Shown in pieces: positions 11,541 through 24,375 of a stretch of 64,000 nt of DNA. The first letter of the stretch is position 1, and each line of letters begins with the position of its first letter. The position numbers and the translations under genes were made by a program. The DNA comes from Phoronis australis. Lineage: Eukaryota; Animalia; Phoronida. The notes beneath the pieces were generated by a model. It was not told the DNA's origin. It saw nothing but the letters and a program-made list of their open reading frames with translations, and searched no databases. The DNA lies in assembly GCA_002633005.1 (NCBI GenBank), contig NMRA01000550.1, positions 1-64,000 of the forward strand, written 5' to 3'.

Positions 11541-13217
11541 TCTAATGGACACAGTGTCATGAACATTCATTCTACCAGTTAGCATATAATTATGTAGTTT
11601 ATGAGCAACAGAGTACCAACACATACCACTGGAAGGCCTGACCTCAATAAATGCAGATTTGTAGACAAATGGTTAACTTGCAGGGTGGAAAACAAAGAAA
11701 TTAAAGTTGCTTGCTAGCAGAAAGGCAAAGCACTCAACAATGGTGTGCATTTATGATCGCTGTCCAAAGCACCTTTAGAGCAGCAACGATTCCGACTTCC
11801 ATCAAAACATCAACTTTTGATTTAGACCACTTAATGATCAATGACAGAAAAGAGGAAAATTTTCCAAGTGTTGTATCGTTCCACAAATAAAGAAGGTTGT
11901 GTGAAAGAAATATTTGCAAAATTTAACTGAAATAAACGTTTTTACATGAATTTACAAATTCAAAATAATGATTAACAAAGAGAGGAAACTGGAAATCAAA
12001 TAAGAGGAAATCAAAACCAAAAAAGAGGAAATCCTCTTAAAGGAAGAAAATTCTAAATCCCTGCATAATGGTATCAACTTTTTCCTTAGTCAGGTCTGTC
12101 GTGGCTTCTAAAGTTTGCAAACAACTGGCAGTTCACTGTTTCTCGAGACCATGCTCGGATCATAAAATGACACGTCGTGACAAGACAACTTATAGAGCCC
12201 TCTGTCGGTTCTTTCAAAGCCCTAACAGCACCTCCAACATGACTACAAGGAATAATTTGAGATGAATTTCATGAAGCTGAGAGGCCTAGGTGAAAAAGCT
12301 ATTTTTGAGATGGAAGCCAGGTTTATACGTTGAGTTTTCTGATCATTGTTTTCTTGCAAAAAAAAGCTCCTGAAATCCACACCATTGAGATTGTATGGCT
12401 TGCCACATTGTTTGAAAAAGCACCTCCCTCTGTTGTCCTAATTCCATATATCAGATGTTTGCAAAACTTGCCTACTTCTCTCTAGGACACTTGCACCGAT
12501 CTTCAGGTGGAACACTTTTCATAACTTCCTCTGCATGGCGTCCACAACCTGTCGAGAAGATTATCAATGTGACACTTGGCTATGGAAGAAATTGACAAAA
12601 TCTGCTGTGACTTTAACGGCATTCCATAAGGATTCGAAATTTGCATCGGATTATTTTTTGTGACATGTAACTCATAGCCCAGTTTAGTAGTGATAGACTG
12701 TCTCAAGTAGCCCATACACCTGTTCAGAACCTTCGAAACTTTTTTCTTGGCGAGTCCTTTGTTCAGTCACCCAGATCAACTACTGGAGTTTTATTATGGT
12801 AGTATTTGTTTAAGGTAAAAGGAACTAAAGACGCTGACGGCCTCTTACTATAGTATTATACTATAGTAAGGTGTCCCCCTATGTGCAAAAGGTACTTATA
12901 GCTTATTGAAACATGACTTTGATGTTTTAATTAGTATGAGGCATAGTTTGCCAAAAAGCTTTATTCTGCTTTCAAGTGGCAGAGCAAAGAGCTTGAGCAC
13001 AGGCCCTTCAGGACGGCGCGCGTGGAAGGTTCCAGGAGTCAAGGACCTGTATGAGAGACTACCTTGTGTTCACCTGTGTTGTGGTGGTAAAGGTACCAAG
13101 GGCAAGGGACGTTGATGACCTGTATGCGAGACATCCTGGTGTTCACCTTCCTGGTCGCGTGCTCGTTCCGTAGGGAAGGGGGGAATGTTATAGATGTGCT
13201 TCCGGTGAATTATATGA

Positions 13218-13320
13218 GCCTCTGTTAGCTACTCGCTAACGGGCACGCTTGCCGGTTTTATGGGGGTCGCGGGTTCGATCCCCGGGTCGGGTAATCTCGG
13301 CTATGACTTAGTCATCAGTG
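13218..13320 (+). mobile_element. tRNA-derived SINE head (degenerate)
   Basis: A-box-like TAGCTACTCG, B box GGTTCGATCCC at 13272-13282. Confidence 0.5.
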
Positions 13321-13747
13321 CAACATTGCAATATTGATAGACCGACTGCTTTCAAAAACGGAATAAATTCCGGACAAAGTACATTTACCTTTCCAAGTTA
13401 TCTTCTTGCATTTTTCACACGTAGTCTTGTAACACATTGTACCTTGAAAGTGTCTTCAAAAGAAGAAAGAGGAGAAGTTTTATATAAACACAGAAAAACA
13501 AAACGTGACAACCCTGACCCATATGACATACAAGCACCTGCCCTTTGACCTACTTTACATCACAATACATTACTCTCAAACGACACAAGAAATTTATTTG
13601 AATTCCTGGGAAAAGAATCATCTAATACAATCATATAGGTTTATTGATGATAATATTTGAATTAATTGTGTTCAGTATTACTTTAAATGATTTAAATACT
13701 TTTATACAATAGGTTTTATGTTATAGGCTAGTCACTGTGTTTCCGGT

Positions 13748-13852
13748 GTTTACGATAGCAACGCAGCGTGTGTGCAGAATGTACATCAAGTTTTAGTAAT
13801 TATGCTGGTTAATCTGGCACGTGATCAATTAACAACAATTTAAGAGGTAAGT
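13748..13852 (+). promoter_or_regulatory. candidate EFCAB12 promoter / 5' non-coding exon with RFX X-box-like site
   Basis: GTTTACGATAGCAAC (perfect RGYAAC half-site) at 13748-13762 and strong donor AG|GTAAGT at 13846/13847; the first coding exon has an acceptor 6 nt before its ATG, implying an upstream non-coding exon. Confidence 0.4.
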
Positions 13853-13980
13853 ATTATTCTATAGTGGCCATGGAGAGGCATTTTAGTCGATGTAAAGGTC
13901 GTAATTGTAGTTTTACTTTAGTAATTGATACTGATCGAACACTACTAGTTCGGAACTGTTCACTATCACATAACAGACCA

Positions 13981-14132
13981 GGGGTGCGTTCAGTAGACGC
14001 TAGGACCTACGCTAGGACCTAGCTAAAATCTAGTCAAAGTCACGTGTTCTCATTCAAAATACACGGCAATATCTCATGTAATCTCGCGAAGTCTTGCATT
14101 TTAGCGAGGTCCAAGCGTTACTGAACGGGAGG
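13981..14132. mobile_element. PIF/Harbinger-like MITE
   Basis: gcgttcagta...tactgaacg inverted ends; partial inverse copy at ~48291-48385 (gctaggacctcgcta..gcaagacttcgcgagattac). Confidence 0.55.
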
Positions 14133-15411
14133 CAGGCTATTGTTCAACAACTGTTCAACTTAGGATCTGGGATGGTACCTACCTGTTTTCCTTAGCCTAG
14201 TTTCTTGCCAGGAGTTATTATTAACTTGATGATAACAGCTTCATAGTTTGTCTGATCGTCAACTATGTGACTTTTTGTCAACTCCCAACTTTAGGAACTT
14301 AAGGAACTTATTAAACTGAACATGCTGAAAGCAAATGTCTTATCCTAATGTAGGCAATGACCATCGCCTCTGTTGGCCCGAACCAGAGGCGATGTAGAGG
14401 CTATAGGCGCTCTGTACGCCGGAAGCTTTTCGGCGAATTATGCCTCGCACCGACTAAACCATCAAAGTCACGTTGTTATAACTACCTTTTGCGCATGGAC
14501 GAACACCTTAGGAGGTTGTCGATGTGTTTAAGTTCTTCCAACTCGAACAAATACTACCGTTATGAAACTTTTTCTTCGAGCAGTCCCTATTTCAGTTCCC
14601 AAAATCGTGAAATCAACGTGGCTTTGATAGTGTAACAGGGGCGGTATCTACGACCAAGGCGCCCCAATTTTACGAGCCCGGTGCGGACTGAGGGTGATGT
14701 TGAAAACTAAAAGTTGGTGAATAATACATAGGTTTATTGTAAGAATATATAACTACAATATTCCACACTTACAAGCAATCCAATTGTTCCATGATTTAGT
14801 ATCGCAGCGTTGTGATTTATACAGTTCTGATACACGGGCAAGCCAGTCGCTGATTAATAGTTGTGTGTGCAAGAACGGGGCAATTTGGTTATTCAGATCC
14901 GAAAGGTGAGATGCAATCAATCTCGGGAGGAGCCCGAGAATTGCTGGGGCTAAACTATTGGCAACCAAGTTCGGGAGGAGCCCGAAAGCTGCACAAACAG
15001 TTGCAATTTGGTGTGAGTGAAGGTGTGTTTGCTTCTTGAACTCTGCGACTGGACTCCTCGTGTCTGACAGAGACAAAGCTTAAGTACACAATTTCAACCA
15101 ATCAGACACGATCTAAAGGGCAAGGCCCATAGCTCCTAGCTTCTGACCATATTTGGCCATGTCCAAAGGACTCAACATCATAGGAAAATTCCATACGTAA
15201 TACACAGCTTGACCACTAGAGGGTGCATATATCTTACTTACATAATCATGTCCAGGGCACTCTTGTTACACTAGATATGTTCCACGAATTGGCGTTGTAG
15301 TGTTGATAAAGTTAGTAGTCGGATAGGTGGGTCCCTGGTGTAAAATTGATTTGAGAACCAGAACTTTATTGAGAGTAACTGGCTTTCAAATAAGGGACGG
15401 TGTATCCAATT

Positions 15412-15717
15412 ATAGACCTTATTCACAGTCGTCATTTTAGTAGTGAGCCACCTTTAGGTTTAAAAAACAATTCATTTGAGACATGAATATAAAGAGGCAT
15501 GTGGAAAAATCATGCTTTGTGCTGTGTTTAAGCACAAAATTCATTGTTTTTAAAACCTAAAAAGATGCTCACTACCAAAATGGCTACTGCATGTGATGCA
15601 TAACATCACTTCCTGTGAGTGACTACTATATGCTAAGAATCTCAGCTGTCTGTCAAATTGGCTTTTAGTTAGGCCAATAGCTTGAGTTTTGGTGTCACAA
15701 TCGCGAATAATATCTAT
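15412..15717. mobile_element. foldback MITE (ISL2EU/Harbinger-like ATAGA.. ends)
   Basis: atagaccttattcac / gcgaataatatctat ends; internal inverted arms cattttagtagtgagc..taggtttaaaaaacaat vs attgtttttaaaaccta..gctcactaccaaaatg. Confidence 0.5.
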
Positions 15718-15980
15718 CAACCTGTTTCAGCTACAACAGCACTGTAGCCTACATGTTTTGTTATGGACAGTGTCGTTGAAGTCTTGCTTTTGGTAAAAAT
15801 GGAATTAAAGGAGAATGCCACCCAATTTAATTAGTCTTTTTTACCGTCTTAATCGGTCTATATCCACATCACCTCATATACGGTTGATCTCATCTAGCCG
15901 AGAGGTGTCGCGTTAACCTGTGAGGAAGGTGAGAAACGACTCGGCGACATCAGTGGTTCTTCTGCAGAGTGAGTGCCGCT

Positions 15981-16290
15981 ATGGAGTGGTGTATTGTTCC
16001 CGCTTGTGCTAACTATGAAGCTACGAGGAAAGCAGGTATATCGTTTTTTGGATTTCCTCGACAGCACAAAATGCTTCGGAAGTGGTTCGCGGTAGTGAAG
16101 AATGAAAAGTACACCGTAATTATTCCAATTAAGTATGAGGCCGTTAAACTTCTCCGCGTCTGTGGCCGGCATTTTGTCTACAGTGATTTCATTGACGATC
16201 GAATGCCGACTTACCAAACAGCTCATGCCAGGGCAGAAAAGGAGACTGAGGATGAAGTCAGATATTGTGCCTAGTGTGTTTGCGTTCGGT
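15981..16290 (+). pseudogene. THAP DNA-binding domain of Kolobok transposase, frameshifted
   Basis: WCIVPACANY..SFFGFP..LRKWFAVVKN..RVCGRHFVYSDF (C2CH THAP); a shifted frame after ~16200 continues LTKQLMPGQKRRLRMKSDIVPSVF (AVPT-like box). Confidence 0.8.
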
Positions 16291-16431
16291 AGGTAGGAGA
16301 TAAAACAACGCCGATTGGTTGTGGCTCAGTTTTTGATTATGGAGAATTGTAGCTGGCCATGGAAACATAAACAATTACTATTAATTCAAGGCATGAGAAG
16401 ATAACATTTTATAACCTGTTTGATGACTTAC

Positions 16432-16855
16432 ACATTTGTCAGGCTTCTGTTTGGACTTCTGGTTATAGGATGTTTTAGCCAATTCTTTTTTCCAGTCCCA
16501 AAGACGTCGTAAGCAGACTTCTGTTTAGATGCGATGCAAAATCAGGATGCTCCGTGAGAAACATTTATGCTTCTCCAAGAAGCCATTTCACTTGCGGAAT
16601 TTTGTGGCAGCAAACGGAAGCGTCAGTTGTTTCCATTATCATGCAGTTAGCACACTGACACCATGATAAATCATTCGAAGAGTTTTCGGAACTATCCTTA
16701 TGTTCCGTTGTCTGTGCACGTTCACGGTGCCTCTCTTGTACTTCTTGATAAGTGAATTCCGGTTCGAACTGATAGCATGTGAAACCTAACGATCAACCTG
16801 TGAAGTCTTCGTTGGATGAGCACTCGTCTAAGTCGGGATTGCTATAGTTGCCACG
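16432..16855 (-). pseudogene. KolX / P2X7 cytoplasmic-ballast-like Cys-rich protein, first exon with stops
   Basis: minus translation CYQFEPEFTYQEVQERHRERAQTTEHKDSSENSSNDLSWCQCANCMIMETTDASVCCHKIPQVKWLLGEA*MFLTEHPDFASHLNRSLL; candidate donor gtaagt at 16431-16426; absent from the ORF track. Confidence 0.75.
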
Positions 16856-17783
16856 GTTGACGTTGATTATTGTGCACTCTGTTTCAAAATGAGTTATTCT
16901 CACCCTAACCAATGCTTATATAAAACTGAAACAAAGATGCGATAAACTAATTGACCAGGCACCTTCATACCATGAATAATACGCTTACAAGGAAGTCACA
17001 CATTTCTAAAGATGTGCGGGAATTTTCACCGCTTGTCCTTCTGAGCGGCTTGTACCAGGATCAAAGAGAGCGCGGCGCCGGAATTAGGTACAGTTTTGAT
17101 GACCGCATTGCCCAATGCGAGCAAAACCCAATTAAATGTAATTATCCGACCATGAACTGTATTAAACATCTCTGACTGTACATAATGCATTAACCACTAA
17201 TTTTCGTTATAAGCGAACACCACGACGGTTTCAGCTGGAAAAAACAACCAAAGACTAATAATCTAAAAACTACAACCATTGGGTATGATTGAAGATAAAC
17301 TACCACACATATTGATATACTTGGTGGATATACAAATGTTGATCAGAGTTTACAATATCACATGGATTCGTTTTTAATAGTCTTTCAATCTCATTTAACC
17401 AGATTTTCGACCAGGTAACAGTTGTTGTGCCCACCTTTTATTTTTTATTACTGACAAAGAGCTATATTAGTTATATAGTCAGTGCCACCAAAATTGTCCA
17501 AAGATTCCAAATCTTCAGTTTGATTATGTCCTTATTTGCACTTTTGTATATTTTATGATTTGAGTTCTAATAAAGATTAAACTTTAATGACACGTGAAAT
17601 GTTTAGTGTACCTGTAATGTGGTAAGTTTATGGATGGGCTCACAATGAACTTAATTACCGGCAATTAAGTTTAGCTGGCAATCAAAATTTACCACTGTTT
17701 TGGTACTTCAAGTTCAAAACTTAGATAAAAAGTTATCAACCTGTTCCTGTAAGAAAAAAAACAAGTGGGCAGAAGCATTAGAA

Positions 17784-17989
17784 ATTAAATAAAGAAAACC
17801 AATATGAAACTTATCGTTCCTTTGGGAAGTGGCCCTTTGTGAAGATAAACACAAGTTAACCTTTTTAGTCATTTTGTAATATCTATTATGTATTAAATAA
17901 AGAAACCAATATGAAACTTATCGTTCCTTTGGGAAGTGGCCCTTTGTGAAGATAAACACAAGTTAACCTTTTTAGTCATTTTGTAATAT
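17784..17989. repeat. tandem duplication of ~100 bp
   Basis: attaaataaagaaa(a)ccaatatgaaacttatcgttcctttgggaagtggccc...ttttgtaatat at 17784 and 17892. Confidence 0.9.
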
Positions 17990-19579
17990 TTATAACGTAC
18001 CAAGTTCAAACTACTCTCCAGAGTTGCAGGCTATAACTCTTGCAAATGTCAGAGAAAACCAAACAACAACAATTGTTGAGACTGTAATGCTAGCAATTAA
18101 TTTTTCACTTTATTAGCTCAGATCTATATCAATACAAAGGGCATGCTGAATAGGCCTTGTAAAAGTTGTCTGGGGCTTAGGGAATCAGAGGGGACACCAG
18201 TCTAAGCGAGAAAAATTCTCCACATGTTGACCCTGTGAGTCAATGCTAATTCAGTGTTTGCTGACAGAAAGCTGTTGTAAAACAATATCTCGATTGTATA
18301 TCTTATGTTCAGATGTTAGGGGAATCTTTATTTAGACACTCATATACATTATTCGAATCATTGTTATTGTGCAACTTTTGCCCTGACGGTTTTGCTGTAC
18401 AAGGGTAACCTGACTTGGCGGCCCCCGACGAGCTAGTAAGTAGATTTGCAATTCTGTGTCTAATTCACCAAAATAATCACGTGCACATTATTTCTTTGGC
18501 TCACTAGTATAGTCTTTTCATGACTGGAAGTTTAGTTTCTAACTTTGGCTGGTTTATGTTCACGATGTCTTTCACTAGGCTGGGCGCGACAGGCCTGATT
18601 GGGTTCCGAGTCACTGGCCGGGATAACAAGCGTTTTTGTGTGAAAAAAATCGCAAGTCTAAAATTGCAACACACAACTATGTTCTCCTGTCTGTATTTCA
18701 TGGACGAATAATTCGAATTTATCACCGAACAGGGCCCAAAACTCCCGCGACCGACCTTGGTAAATTGGCCTACCGAACTTTGTAGGCTACGGTCCGTTCC
18801 AATACCTATAAATCCGTAACAGCGAAATAAAACAACACTTGTTCAATAACTCGATGTATTTGTAAGGGTTTTATTTATAATTTTGTTGATAAATTGGTGT
18901 AAAACGATGAATTCAACCGATAAGCTGACACCAGTAAGCCGACATGTGCCAAGTAAAAGAACCGTAATTGCTGTTATCGAGTGGAATTACTCGATCTAAA
19001 CTGATACAAAATAGGTTGTTTTTTGGGTGGCATTCTCCTTTAAAGTAAAATTAAATTTTTAAAACCATGTCATATTATTACAAAGCAACATTCTTATCCT
19101 TCATTTTATTTATTTTTGGTTAAAATAAATTGTTTGGAATTCTCGATGGCTATACTTCTTTGACAACTGAAGCTAACTCACTGTGATGAGCATCTGTCCA
19201 AAGTCAAAACATAAGCTTTTCTCAAGTCTAATCTAAGCAAATACCAATGGGACCAGTTTTATGAGGCGTCAATCAAAAATTGTTTGCTGGTGTAAGGTGT
19301 TCTTTAATGGAAGTTTTGAGCCAGTTTTACATTATATTTTAGTAAGGAACGTGGAAGTTCTACATGTGCCTCCCTGAACACTTTAAATTAGTCTGTTGCG
19401 TGATGGTTTATAGATATTGTCAACAGCGCTTTTATTGTCAACAATTATTTATAACAATTTTGAGTGATATTTTTTCTAAAAATTTTAATTACAAAATATT
19501 TTGGTTTGGTTGATTGCATAATTCTTTTGTGTCTTTGTTGTCATTCTTAACTGAGTGTGGTCCACTGCCAGTCATCAGC

Positions 19580-19743
19580 TGTTGATTCACATGAAACAAA
19601 TTGCCTCAAGTAAACGTGGGTGTTGATTCACGTGAAACAAATTGCTACAGGTAAACATGGGTGTTGGTTCACGTGAAACAAATTGCTTCAGGTAAACATG
19701 GGTGTTGATTCACGTGAAACATCTTTTTTCAGGTAACCATGGC
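19580..19743. repeat. 41-bp tandem repeat x4 overlapping the EFCAB12 acceptor and start codon
   Basis: units at 19580, 19621, 19662, 19703 of tgttgattcacgtgaaac...caggtaa(a/c)catgg. Confidence 0.9.
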
Positions 19744-20203
19744 TCCCCTCATTACAAGCATCTCACGTGACCGAGACTCGCTGAACTATGAAAGCAGCGA
19801 GGAAGATGAGGAGAGAGTCTACTCCACCGAGAATGACGGGCTGGCAAACATGCCTGAGGAGGTCTTGCAGGACTTGAGCGTCTGTTTCAATCGCCTCTTT
19901 GACCCCAACAACTTTGACCACTTACCCCTTGAGAAACAAGCGGCCATGTTTGCTCAGAGGGATTTAACGGAAGGCCGATTGTACCAGATCGCCAAAAAGT
20001 TCTTCCGTGGCAGCATGAGGCCTCGTAGGAGAATCTACACATTAGGAGGTGGTACCAAGGGTCTGAGTCATAGTGTAGATGTGATCCGGCCTTCTAGTGA
20101 TGAAGCAGTGCCCGAGGGAAGGCTTGGACATAGTGAACTAAATATACAAGTGCCTAAAGTCAAACCAGTCAGTCCTCGACTGGTTGTGACCAGAGAAAAG
20201 CAA
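19739..20203 (+). CDS. EFCAB12: EF-hand calcium-binding domain-containing protein 12-like, first coding exon
   Basis: ttttttcag|gtaaccATG; 155 codons ending CAA|gtgagt; FDP...RPRRRI motif resembles the EFCAB12 N-terminus. Confidence 0.8.
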
Positions 20204-22617
20204 GTGAGTTTGTAGTTATATATTTCATGAAATTTTGTGGTGTTTCTAGAATATTGATTGTGAAAAATCATCATGTAGTTACTGTCTTGTTATTCTTCAT
20301 GAAAAGATAAAAGTATGCACCAGGGAATCCGATAATACACCCTGTGACTTTTTACAAATGTGCATGCCAAGTAGCCTGAATAAAACATTTTGATCAAGCA
20401 GCAAAGGTAAAATCTATTTTAGGAGTTTTTGGCTTGACATTCACTGCAGAAATGTGTTTCTTTAAGTTTATTACATTTTGATACTGCTGGCACCAAATCG
20501 TCCTTTGAATGTACTTGAAGAATTAAATACCTGTCATTTCATGAACAAACAAAAATTTAATTTACATAGGTTGATTAATTTAATGTCCAAATTTTCTTTG
20601 CGATAAATTTTGATATTGTGTATTTTGGTCTTATTAGCATAATTCTGTAAACCAAAGTGAGGGTCTCCTAGTAAATACTTTTTTGTGTTACACCTGCCTG
20701 AGCACAGACACCTCTGGGTTGCGAAGGTTAATGTTTGAAATCCTTTTTGAGAATGAATAATTTCAATATACACAATGTTATTTTTCTGTTTAAGCAGCAT
20801 TACTACGTTTCAGTTTTTATAGTCTTCTTAAATGTTTTTTCCTGGCTTTTAAGTTCCTCAGTTTTTAGCGTTTGGTTCAGTTACTACACAAAGCAATATA
20901 ATTATTTTGTAATAGCTTATTTTTGTGCCCCGTGTGTTTTCAATGAAATTCGAGGTCACCATCTAAATTTTTTAGCTATACTTCAGCTCAAACAACATGA
21001 CATGAGAATGAACAAAAGTGTGTCACCATTACCTGCTGCAATTCTGTTGGGATTGTCCGTCGATGACTTGAATACAGTACACTCGTGACACAAGCACACT
21101 CCATTTTGCTAAATTTTTGTGACATCTTTAGGGAGATAGTGGTTGCTTTTCTGAAGCAAAATTTGCTCAGGAATTTGGTTTGTTGTGAAGTCAATTTCGA
21201 TAATTTGTTATTAATGTATTAAACTCTGAGGACAAAGAACACTTCTCATTGAAGAATTTGAGAAAAAATTATTTTGGCCTATAGGTGACGCTCTATTTCA
21301 TGGCACTCTAAGGTGATATATATGATCGTTGCACAATTTTAGCAGCAGGTTAACAGTAGAACGCCAGTAGTAACTAGTTTAATCAAAAAAGAGCGTAGTG
21401 CTTAATGACATTAATTTTGTGTTAGACTTTATTTGTCCATTTTTACCCAAACCTGTTTTGTTTTTGGAAATTGTACTCAATGGTAAAATCAGCGTGTTGG
21501 CAAATATTCTAGTTAAATGCAATTGCTAATTACAATACAGTCTTTATCATCAGTTGTTTCTGTTCTGGGATGGAGGTCCAAGCCCTAATCTGTGACTTTA
21601 TTTACTTTGCTCCCATCCTATTAAAATTCACACCATCACAAAAACTAGAAAATTACAATTTATGGTAACAATAAATGAATCTCCTAAAATGGATGGTTTG
21701 ACATATTTATTGTGGTATGGCTAATGGTGGTCTTTCAAAATTTGATATTCAAAACAGGTTTTAATAGCATGCTAATGAAACACAGCACTTTAGTCTTTCA
21801 CAACTCCGTTTCTCTCACCTTTCACAACTCCGTTTCTCTCACCTTTGCAGTTTTTTGGTACATCTTTCCCACCATAAACTATATTCATGTTTCTGAAGGG
21901 TTCTTCTACGCATACTTTTATAACAAGTCTTTAGAAAAGCTAAAATTTGACGATAATCTGTGAATAATGTTACAACTCCTTTCATGTCTGCCAGTGAAAT
22001 AGATTTTAGAATTTTAACAGTGCTTTTAAGTCCTTAAAACAAATGTACAATAACAATTAATTAATAAATATAAATTTATATACGGTACATATAATTCTTG
22101 TGAACTGCTTATCCAGTGAATGTTTTGAAGTACAGTCTTTTAGGTTGTTAATAGAGCATTAGACATGTCATCTTACAAATCAAGCAAATGTCACATGTGA
22201 TATCCATCATCACATTCCTATTGTTGGTGGATTTTTAACTCTGAGCGTTGTGCTTCATCTTAAGGTTCTCCTTCAAGAATGCCTACGGAGGTACGTCTTC
22301 CTCTTTGTAGTTGGGTTTCTATGGTTAGTTTCATCTAGAAGAAATCAGTTTGTTTTGTTAGAAGGTTTTAAGTCTAATTTTTGCTCCTTGGAATTATTGT
22401 AGTAAAACTAGCACAAGTCGGAACCAAAAGGGCTGTAATATTTTGTACAAATAAGGCAAAGCACCTGAAGGAGTAAGTGCATGAAATGAACTGTATTAGA
22501 GAACTTGACCCAGTTTCAGCAAAGATCTGAATTTTGCAGGTCTGACTTATGTGAGTTCTACTGCGTTTTAGTATAGAGCAAAGCATGTTATTATAATTTA
22601 GTATTTAATGTTTTCAG

Positions 22618-22797
22618 TCGCAAGTGGCGGAGTATCGTGATTGGCTAAGTGAGCGCAAGAAGTTGAGGTATGACCTTGATAATATGGGGGTAAACCTCAA
22701 GTGGCTCCTCAACAAAAGTGATCGAACTCCATTGGAAGAGAGGATGTACCAGGAAATGCTGGAAAAACTCCGCAAACCAAAGGTGGCAGCACCAGAG
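22618..22797 (+). CDS. EFCAB12: EFCAB12-like exon
   Basis: ttttcag|TCG...GAG|gtaaat; DWLSERKKLRYDLDNMGVNLKWLLNKSDRTPLE resembles the recalled EFCAB12 motif WLSQRSKLRQELESFG..WLENK..TPSE. Confidence 0.88.
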
Positions 22798-22902
22798 GTA
22801 AATGATAAATGATAACAATTACTGGCAAATCGTTCATGAATAAAAGCTACGGAGCTTAGTTTGCTGGCACAGATCCTTTATTTGTCTGTAAGAGGCACGT
22901 CT

Positions 22903-23043
22903 CAGTGGCAGACTTAGAGGGGGGCCAAGGGGGCCATGCCTCCCCCCCCCAAAATTCTCCCAGATTCCATTTGGCAGTACTGGCAAAATCCTGGCTAATA
23001 CTCTGCGCTTCCCCCCCAACTCAAAATTCTGGATCCGCCCCTG
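22903..23043. mobile_element. short GC-rich MITE, CAG(T/G)GGCGGAT family
   Basis: cagtggcaga...atccgcccctg TIRs; flanks cgtct/ggtct; same body as 44587-44745 (inverse) and 34069-34177. Confidence 0.7.
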
Positions 23044-24183
23044 GGTCTGACAGTAGCAGGCCCTTCACACTAGACTGAAAATCATGTCCACTCAAATGTG
23101 AAAAATTGCATGAACCTTCCTTCATGTGGTCCGAAATATCATAAAAATTCCCTTAATTGTTAATTGTTTTTTGCTGTTGTTTTTTAAAGAAATTTAAAGT
23201 TCCTGAGCAAGGAGGGGTGCAGACATTATGGACCCATTTCCCACTGGATCTGTGCTTAGATTGAGTTTTTGTTTTTGTGGTATATTAGTATTGAAATGTG
23301 TAATCAAAGTTGATAATGACCACTGATTTCACATAAATTGTCATTTAAGTGTCGCTGTGTAAACTGTCATTTAAGTGTCGCTGTGTAAACTGAACTTTGA
23401 AATGCCAAAGCATGTGAGTCATTGTAACAATATCACCCAGCTTAGATATTTATCACTACTTTCCTACCCTAGTTTTCTGGATTATGGTACCAACCCAGTC
23501 AATGACTATATGGCTGTTGTCCTATAGATGTCGCCGGTGGTTACACTAAAGTAATAATGTGCATGAGATATGGTTAATTTGTTTGAAAGTTGAGCAATTT
23601 TCAATTATAAGTACGGTGTAGAATTATGTGTGTGTTTTTGCTTTCTAATATTACTTTTGTTCCGTTCTGCCTATGACTCGTATATAATCATACAGTGTCT
23701 CGTAATCAACTTTTAATTGTGGGCAGCACACTGCGTATGTTTTGTTTGCTCAGAAATTTTGAGTTTGGTTTTTGCAAATTGACACTCTTGTTCTTTGATT
23801 TTGGGCACTTTTGTTGTTTTTTGTTGTTTTTATTTTGTTTTTATTTTGTTGTTTTTATTTTGTTTTGAATGCCTTTTGTATTGGTTCACATTGTTAATGA
23901 AAAGATATAATTAAACCTATTATGTAATGGTATTCTAAGGTCTGGTACTAACAGTCAGTTTTGTTATATAAGTACATTTGGAATTACACCAACGTTCACA
24001 AAATCAAAACATTGTGTTTCATAGTTTTGATAAAAAGTTTCGGGTCTTCATAAATACATAATTTTGAAAATGAATTTTGAGAATCGCGAAAATCGCCACA
24101 GTAACAATATGGCTGGTTAATTACAATATTATTATCTGAGCTTGAAGACATTCTGCTGATGGCAATGTCAATGCCAATTTCAG

Positions 24184-24375
24184 ATTGTAGAAAAAAAGAG
24201 GAAAAAGACACCCAAAGGAGACCCGTTTATCAGGCGTCCTGTTCCGCGTATACTTTACGTCATTGACAAACATCTGAGGTTGAACAAAATACGACTACTT
24301 GATTTTTTCCAAAGAACAGACAAGTCAAAAACATGGGACATCAGTCGTCAGGAGTTCCGAACTATCTTTGAAACG
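24184..24375 (+). CDS. EFCAB12: EFCAB12-like exon, EF-hand 1
   Basis: tttcag|ATT...ACG|gtgagt; HLRLNKIRLLDFFQRTDKSKTWDISRQEFRTIFET. Confidence 0.9.

Larger units (their letters stand above)
15809..19039. mobile_element. Kolobok-type DNA transposon, internally deleted and decayed
   Basis: TTAA at 15805-15808 and 19040-19043; perfect 17-bp TIR AGGAGAATGCCACCCAA; contains convergent THAP (+) and KolX-like (-) relics. Confidence 0.85.

Noticed and set aside
15969-16274. THAP ORF as a domesticated host THAP gene
   Set aside because: It lies inside TIRs with a TTAA TSD and is frameshifted before the AVPT-like box, so it is a transposon relic
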